Assembly: GCA_050485365.1 (NCBI GenBank) | Contig: JBJHBH010000008.1 | Coordinates: 2,143-66,142, forward strand | Origin: Desulfuromonadales bacterium | GTDB lineage: Bacteria > Desulfobacterota > Desulfuromonadia > Desulfuromonadales > JACZKF01 | Direction: 5' to 3' | Length of the DNA: 64,000 nucleotides | Shown: one piece after another, positions 57,947 to 64,000 of the stretch | Layout: the number at the start of each line of letters is the position of its first letter | Position numbering within the stretch: position 1 is the first letter of the stretch | Position numbers and translations under genes: made by a program | The notes under the pieces: model-generated | Told to the model about the DNA's origin: nothing | What the model saw: only the letters and a program-made list of their open reading frames with translations | Database searches by the model: none

Positions 57947-60035
57947 ATGAGCAGGGTTCAAAGGGCAATGAACGAAGAGATCGCCTCCAAGAGATTGCCC
58001 GGGCCTTCGCCCGCGGAGAGCGCCATGAGCTGGACGGCCTCGCCCCCGGCGACATCGAGGTCCTTCTGCACGAGCTCGGGGTCTATCAGGCCGAGCTGGA
58101 GACGCAGAACGAAGAGCTTCGGGCCGCCAACCTGGAGATCGAAGTGGGGCGCCGACGCTATCGCGATCTCTACGACTTCGCCCCCGTCGGCTATCTCACC
58201 CTCGACCGGGAGGGGGCGATCCGCGAGATCAACCTCACCGCCTGCGATCTTCTGGGGGGGACGCGCCGAAGCCTCGTCGGAGAGCCCCTGGCGCGCCGCA
58301 TCGCCGACGCGTGGGCCGGCCCCTTCTACCTCCACCTCGACCGCATCTTCGCCGGCAGGCAAGATGAGGGGATCGAGATCGTCGTCACCCCAACCGACGC
58401 AGAGCCGAGGACGGTCCTGCTGGAGAGCGCCCTGGCCGGCGATGGCGCTGCCCCGGTCTGCCGTGCGGCGATGACCGACGTCACCGCCAGGCGCCGGGCG
58501 GAGGAGAAGCAACGCGCCGGCGAGGCGCGTTTTCGCACCTTCGCCGAGAGCTCCCCCCTGGGGGTCTTCGAGTGCGACCCCGCCGGGCGCTTCACCTGGG
58601 TCAACCGCCGATGGGAGGAGCTCTCCGGCCTCGGAGGGGGCAGGAGTCTCGACTTCGGCTGGAAACGGGCGATCCACCCCGACGACCGGTCGCGGGTGCT
58701 GCGGAGTTGGCCCCGGGGGTCAAGCACCGAAATCTGGAGCGACGAGTGCCGTCTGTTGCGCCCCGGCGGGTCCGAAGGCTGGGTGCGCCTGATCGTCTCG
58801 CCTGTCGAGATCGAAGGAGAGCAAACGGTCTTTGTCGGGACCGCCGAGGAGATTACCGGACGAAAGCGCGCCGAAGAGGAGGCGATGCGCTCCAGGGAGG
58901 CGGCCGAAGACGCCAACCGCGCCAAGAGCGAGTTTCTGGCCAACATGAGCACGAGATCCGCACCCCGATGACGGTCATCCTCGGCGCCCTGGAGCAGCTT
59001 CGCGAAGGGCCCCCCGAGGTGGCCGACGAACTGCTGCGCATGGCGGAGACGTCGGCCGAGCGTCTTCTGGCGATCATCGACGACATCCTCGATTTCTCGC
59101 GCATCGAGGCGCGGCGCCTGGAGATCGCCCACGAGCCCTTCGACCTGCGCGCCTCGGCGGAGGCGGCCCTCCTCCTTTTTCGCAGAAAGGCTTCGGAGAA
59201 GGGTCTGGAGCTGCGGCTCGATATCGCAGCGGACGTCCCCGAGGCGGTCATCGGCGATGAGGATCGCCTGGCGCAGGTCCTCATCAATCTCGTCGGCAAC
59301 GCCGTCAAGTTCACCGCGCGCGGAGAGGTCGCGGTGGGCGTCGAAATGCGCGAGGCGATGCTCCACTTCGCCGTGCGCGACACCGGCATCGGCATCCCGC
59401 AGGACAAGCTGGACCTCATCTTCGACAGCTTCAGCCAGGTCGACCCCTCGCGCACCCGCCGCTACGGCGGCACCGGCCTGGGGCTGGCGATCAGCCGGGG
59501 GCTCGTCGAGCTCATGGGGGGAACCCTGCGGGGAGAGAGCGTCGAGGGGAAGGGGAGCGTCTTCACCTTCACCGTTCCGCTCGCCGTGCCGCTTCGGCCC
59601 GTTGCAGCCGATCCGGCGCCGGACAAGGAGGCTGCGGCCACCACCAGGGACGATCTGAAGATCCTCCTCGCCGAGGACGACCCGATGGTCAGAGAGCTCA
59701 TCGAAATGATCCTGCGTCAGAGGGCATGGAAAGTGACGAGCGTTCCTTGCGGCCGCGAGGCGGTGGCGCACTGGGAGAATCACCATTTCGACCTCATCCT
59801 GATGGACGTACAGATGCCGACCATGGACGGCCTCTCGGCGGTCCGGGAGATCCGGACCCGGGAGGGGGCGAACGAAGGACGCCATGTGCCGATCATCGCC
59901 CTGACCGCCCACGCCCGGCGCGAGGACCGCGACGAGGCGCTGGCCGCCGGCATGGACGATTGGCTTCCGAAGCCGGTCTCCAGAGAGCGGCTCTACGCCG
60001 TGGTGGAGGAGCATCTGGCGAAAGGTGACTCCTGA
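57943..60035 (+). pseudogene. PAS-PAS hybrid histidine kinase/receiver split by a 1-bp deletion at the H-box (possible sequencing error)
   Basis: AKSEFLANMS ends one frame and EIRTP..NAVKFT..GGTGLGL plus the receiver continue in another. One C is missing near 58950. Confidence 0.85.
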
Positions 60036-60071
60036 CCCCCGTGCGGTAGAATAGGGGAAAGGAGACCATCC

Positions 60072-61079
60072 ATGGCGCAGCACAGACGCGACATCATCGT
60101 CCTCGGGGCTTCCATGGGCGGGGTGGAAGGTTTCATGAATCTGGCCGGGCAGTTGCCCCCCTCTTTTTCCGGAACCCTCTTCATCGTCCTTCACACCTCC
60201 CCCGAATCCCCCGGAAACCTCCTCGAGATCCTGTCGAGCGCCGGTCCCCTCCCGGCGATGAACGCCCGCAACGGAGTCAATTTCCGCACCGGGCACATCT
60301 ACGTCGCCCCACCCGACCACCATCTGCACCTTCGCGACCACAAGACGATCTTGTCGCGCGGCCCAAAAGAGAACCGCACCCGCCCCGCCATCGACCCCCT
60401 CTTCCGATCGGCGGCGGCGACCTGGACGACGCGGGTCGTCGGGGTGCTGCTGTCGGGCTACCTCGACGACGGCGTCGCCGGGCTCTCGGCGATCCGGCGT
60501 TGCGGCGGGCTGACGGTGGTGCAGGACCCGGACGACACCCTCTACCCCGACATGCCGCGCAACGCCCTGAGCGCCCTGGCCGTCGATCACTGTCTGCCGC
60601 TGGCGCAGATCGGGGCGCTGCTGCAGCGCCTGAGCCGCGAGGCCGCTCCCCCCGCCTTGCCGGTTCCGGACGAACTGCGACTCGAAGCCAAGATCAGCGA
60701 GAACCTCATGAGCGATATCTCTTCGGACAAACCGATCGGCGCTCCGAGCGCGCTGTCGTGCCCCGACTGCGGCGGTCCCCTGTGGCAGATCGAAAACGAT
60801 GCCCTGATCCGGTTTCGCTGCAGCGTCGGGCACGCCTACAGCCCCGCCAATCTCCTAGAAGGCCAGGGGGAAGCGGTAGAGAAAGCCCTGTGGGTCGCCC
60901 TGCGCACCCTGGAGGAGCGCGCCCGGATGCTGCGCAAGATGGCCGACGACGCAAGCCGACGCGGCTACACCCACGGGCGCTTCAAAACCGACGCGCAGGA
61001 GAGCCTCGCCCACGCCGAGCAGATCCGCGGCCTGCTGATGAGTCTCAACAATATCGGGGCAAACGAAAGTGAAACATGA
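60072..61079 (+). CDS. Stand-alone CheB-type methylesterase with C-terminal Cys/His domain
   Basis: GASMGG, LH, RPAIDPLF, LDDG, then CPDC and C..GH. No receiver domain. Confidence 0.85.
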   Translation: MAQHRRDIIVLGASMGGVEGFMNLAGQLPPSFSGTLFIVLHTSPESPGNLLEILSSAGPLPAMNARNGVNFRTGHIYVAPPDHHLHLRDHKTILSRGPKENRTRPAIDPLFRSAAATWTTRVVGVLLSGYLDDGVAGLSAIRRCGGLTVVQDPDDTLYPDMPRNALSALAVDHCLPLAQIGALLQRLSREAAPPALPVPDELRLEAKISENLMSDISSDKPIGAPSALSCPDCGGPLWQIENDALIRFRCSVGHAYSPANLLEGQGEAVEKALWVALRTLEERARMLRKMADDASRRGYTHGRFKTDAQESLAHAEQIRGLLMSLNNIGANESET

Positions 61080-61090
61080 TCGACCACTAC

Positions 61091-61162
61091 CCCTGCATAA
61101 ACCAGGGACACTCCCCCTATTTTGGATGAAAAATAGGGGGAGTGTCCCTGGTTTATGCAGGG
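61091..61162. mobile_element. Non-autonomous hairpin (REPIN/MITE-like) matching the RAYT flanks
   Basis: Perfect 33-bp inverted arms with a 6-nt loop, containing AAACCAGGGACACTCCCCCTATTT. Confidence 0.8.
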
Positions 61163-61213
61163 TGTGGCTGGAGGTGAAGGAGCCGGCCTTTGATCGGCCG
61201 GCTCTTGATGGTC

Positions 61214-62287
61214 TCAGCGTGCCTGGGGGAGGAGCTCTTCGAGGAGGGCGAAGATCTCTTCCATGTCGGCCATGGTGAAGTCGGCCATGTGCGCGATGCG
61301 GAAGGTCTTGTTCTTGATCTTGCCGTAGCCGTTGTCGATGGCGTAGCCGCGCGCGGCGGCGAGCTTCTTGAGCTTCTCCAGATCGGTGCGGCCGTCGTTT
61401 TTCGCGCAGGTGAGGGTGACCGAGCGGGCCCCTTCGGTGGCGAAGAGGTCGAACCCCTGCTTCTGCACCCAGGCGCGGGTCGCGTCGGCCATTTTGCGGT
61501 GGCGCGCGTAGCGGTTTTCGAGCCCCTCGGCGAACATCTTTTCGAGCTGGTGGGCCAGGGCGTAAACGAGGCTGATGGCGGGGGTGCTCGGGGTGTTGTC
61601 CTTCTCGTCGTTCTTCTCGAACTCCTCGAAGTCGAAGTAGTACCCCCGGCCGGGGATCGTTCTGGCCTTGTCGAGGGCGCGGCGCGACACGGCGAAGACG
61701 GCGAGGCCGGGCGGCAGGCCGAAGGCCTTCTGCACTCCGGCCAGGCAGACGTCGGTCTGCAGGGCCGACAGGTCGAGGGGGACGGCCGTCATCGACGAGA
61801 CGGTGTCGACGATGAAGGAGACGTCGGGATACTTCTTCATCGTTTCGGCGATCTCCTCCAGGGGGCTCATCACCCCGGTGGAGGTCTCGTTGTGTACCAG
61901 CGTCACGGCGTCGTATTTTCCGGTGGCGAGGGCCTCGTCGACCATCCGCGCGGTGATCGGCTCGCCCCAGGGGGCCTCGAAGAGATCGGCTTCAATGCCG
62001 CAGCGCACCGTGACGTCGTGCCATTTCGAGCTGAAGGCGCCGTTGCCGAAGCAGGCGCAGCGCTCGCGCACCAGGTTGCGCACCGCCCCTTCCATGACGC
62101 CGAAGGCGCTGGAGGTGGAGAGAAAGACGGGGTCGGCGGTGTTGAGAAGCTCCTTGAGCCGGGCGGTGGCCTGCCGGTGCACTGCGGCGTATTCCTTCAT
62201 CCGGTGGCCGACCATCGGCGCGCTCATCGCCTCCATGACGTCGCGGGAAATCTCCACCGGGCCGGGGATGTAGAGTTTTTTGTCCAT
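61214..62287 (-). CDS. Class V PLP aminotransferase (alanine-glyoxylate/serine-pyruvate family)
   Basis: IPGP, VHNETSTG, DTVSS, QKAFGLPPG and FRIAHM motifs. Confidence 0.9.
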   Translation of the reverse strand: MDKKLYIPGPVEISRDVMEAMSAPMVGHRMKEYAAVHRQATARLKELLNTADPVFLSTSSAFGVMEGAVRNLVRERCACFGNGAFSSKWHDVTVRCGIEADLFEAPWGEPITARMVDEALATGKYDAVTLVHNETSTGVMSPLEEIAETMKKYPDVSFIVDTVSSMTAVPLDLSALQTDVCLAGVQKAFGLPPGLAVFAVSRRALDKARTIPGRGYYFDFEEFEKNDEKDNTPSTPAISLVYALAHQLEKMFAEGLENRYARHRKMADATRAWVQKQGFDLFATEGARSVTLTCAKNDGRTDLEKLKKLAAARGYAIDNGYGKIKNKTFRIAHMADFTMADMEEIFALLEELLPQAR

Positions 62288-62457
62288 CGATCGATTCTCC
62301 GTGGCGGGGCAGTTGAGAAATTGCGACTGCGTTAGCACGGCGCCCCCCGCGCTGTCAAGGGAATCGACACGGACCCCCGGTTTCGGCGGCGCTGGGCGAA
62401 AGGTGCCGCAACGTCTTCAACCCCTTGTCGGCGCGAAAAAATCTTGGTGCGGGGGCT

Positions 62458-62486
62458 TTGACAAGGGGCGTCGATCGCGATAATCT
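62458..62486 (+). promoter_or_regulatory. Putative sigma70 promoter
   Basis: TTGACA-N17-TAATCT. Confidence 0.5.
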
Positions 62487-62797
62487 GAAATCAACAGTGG
62501 CGGAATCAGCCAAGGGCGCAGAGCGATTCTTCCCGAATGCGAAGGCGAGCGTAAAGACCTCGGCCCGGTCAATCGGGGAAAACGCCGCCCGATGCGAATG
62601 CACGACGGGTTCGATCGGGGCGACGCCTCGGCGGTTCCGTCGCTGTCGTTTTTCCCGTCTCGACACTCCCCCGTTCACGTTGTACGCCCTGGAGGTTCTT
62701 TTTGCCCACCGTCAGTGAAGAAGCCGAAGAGCAACGGACCGAAGAGCTTCGGGAGCGCGAGGCGCCGCACTCCGAATCGGAGGTGCGGCTGGAGACC

Positions 62798-63172
62798 GTG
62801 ACGACGATTCTGGTCGCCGAGGATCACGACGCGATCCGCAAGCTCACCGAGACGATGCTGCGCAAGCGCGGCTGGGACGTGACGGCGGTGGCCGACGGCG
62901 CGCAGGCGGTGGCCGCCTGGAGCGCAGGGGGGGTGGGGCTGGTGCTGATGGATGTGCACATGCCGGTGATGGACGGGCTGGAGGCGACCCGGCGCATCCG
63001 CCGCATGGAGGAGGGGACGGGGCGCCACACGCCGATCATCGCGCTGACGGCCTACGCCCGCCGGGAAGACTGGGAGTCGTCGCTGGCGGCGGGGATGGAC
63101 GACTACCTGACCAAGCCGATCGACCGGCGGTTGCTGCTGGCGACCATCGACCGCTACATGGCGCCGGGGTGA
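62798..63172 (+). CDS. Single-domain response regulator receiver
   Basis: ILVAED, LMDVHMP, ALTA and KP motifs. Start uncertain (GTG after GGAG). Confidence 0.85.
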   Translation: MTTILVAEDHDAIRKLTETMLRKRGWDVTAVADGAQAVAAWSAGGVGLVLMDVHMPVMDGLEATRRIRRMEEGTGRHTPIIALTAYARREDWESSLAAGMDDYLTKPIDRRLLLATIDRYMAPG

Positions 63173-63193
63173 GCTGAACAGGCGCGACGCAAT

Positions 63194-63243
63194 AAAGCGA
63201 AGAGGGCCGCCCCGTTCGGAGGCGGCCCTCTTCGCTTTTTTTT
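63194..63243. terminator. Intrinsic terminator
   Basis: AAAGCGAAGAGGGCCGCC...GGCGGCCCTCTTCGCTTTTTTT. Confidence 0.8.
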
Positions 63244-63248
63244 GCCGC

Positions 63249-63515
63249 TCAGCGCGGACCCTGCCCTTCGGAGAGGGAGATGTTGAGCTCGAGCACTTCG
63301 CAGTCCCCGTTGCGCTCGACCGAGAGCTTGATCTGGTCTTCGGCGATGGGGATGTATTTGCGCACCACGTCGAGAAGATCCTTCTGCAGCATCGGCAGAT
63401 AATCGGGACCCGACGGCGGGCGCCTTCGCTCATGGGCGACGATGATCTGCAGGCGCTCCTTGGCGACCGAGGCGGTGTTGCGGGGCGACGAACGGAAATA
63501 GTCTAGAAATCCCAT
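63249..63515 (-). CDS. minE: Cell division topological specificity factor MinE
   Basis: TASVAKERLQIIVAHER and VLELNISL motifs. Confidence 0.95.
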   Translation of the reverse strand: MGFLDYFRSSPRNTASVAKERLQIIVAHERRRPPSGPDYLPMLQKDLLDVVRKYIPIAEDQIKLSVERNGDCEVLELNISLSEGQGPR

Positions 63516-63518
63516 GGC

Positions 63519-64000
63519 TCACGTTCCGAAGAGGCGGGAGAGGAACCCTTTTTTGGCGACATCCATGAAGCGGTGCGGACGCTCCTGGCCGAGAAAGCGG
63601 TCGACGATGTCGAGGTAGGCGTCCCCGGCGTCGCTGGTCTGGGCGAGGGTGACCGGCACCCCCGAGTTGGAGGCGAGCAGCACCGAGGGCGATTCGGGGA
63701 CGACCCCCAGAAAGGGGATGGCGAGAATCTCCTGCACGTCGGCGGCGCTCAGCATGTCCCCGCGGTGGACGCGGCCCGGATCGTAGCGGGTGACGACCAG
63801 GTGTTCCTTGACGGGGGTCTTGCCCTGCTCGGCGCGACGGGTCTTGCTCGCGAGCATGCCGATGATGCGGTCGGAGTCGCGCACCGAGGAGACCTCGGGG
63901 TTGGTGACGACGAGGGCCTCGTCGGCGAAGTACATGGCGGCCATGGCGCCGTGCTCGATCCCCGCCGGCGAGTCGCACACGATGTAGTCGAAGCGCTCGC
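63519..64000 (-). CDS. minD: Septum site-determining protein MinD, 5' partial
   Basis: CDSPAGIE, TNPEVSSVRDSDR and C-terminal KKGFLSRLFG amphipathic helix. Confidence 0.95.
   Translation of the reverse strand, partial: ERFDYIVCDSPAGIEHGAMAAMYFADEALVVTNPEVSSVRDSDRIIGMLASKTRRAEQGKTPVKEHLVVTRYDPGRVHRGDMLSAADVQEILAIPFLGVVPESPSVLLASNSGVPVTLAQTSDAGDAYLDIVDRFLGQERPHRFMDVAKKGFLSRLFGT

Noticed and set aside
62490-62660. c-di-GMP/cGAMP (GEMM) riboswitch upstream of the receiver gene
   Set aside because: I could not find the characteristic GEMM core (AAACC...GGGACGCAAAGC-like).

Overview
High-GC chromosomal window. Gene content suggests a Desulfuromonadales/Geobacter-like deltaproteobacterium (inference). 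It carries an RND permease (5' partial), a cytochrome c plus flavocytochrome oxidoreductase pair, a CopA-type Cu+ ATPase, GH15 and LLM genes, Spy/CpxP with BaeSR, a cation-chloride cotransporter, and a sigma54-linked ANTAR regulator-draT-draG unit with no nif genes in the window. It also carries hypABCDE (no hypF), a decayed type I R-M/rhuM remnant, a diguanylate cyclase, a Ca/Na antiporter, CLC, UvrD, a complete group 3d NiFe hydrogenase (hoxEFUYHW), hflKC, a GNAT-deacetylase fusion, an HD-GYP-PilZ protein, a RAYT-type HUH transposase, a CheB/CheR-histidine kinase cluster and minED. At least four intergenic repeat families are present. Features missing from the ORF track include: a 62-codon membrane ORF with an in-frame TGA followed by a bacterial SECIS-like hairpin (candidate selenoprotein, 16781-16969 minus); a RAYT bracketed by non-GTAG inverted repeats with a matching empty hairpin about 6.5 kb away; a terminator-containing leader before the Ca/Na antiporter; and a small Cys-rich ORF (50394-50570 minus). 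All product calls come from motif recognition by eye; no database search was run. No tRNA, rRNA or CRISPR array was seen.
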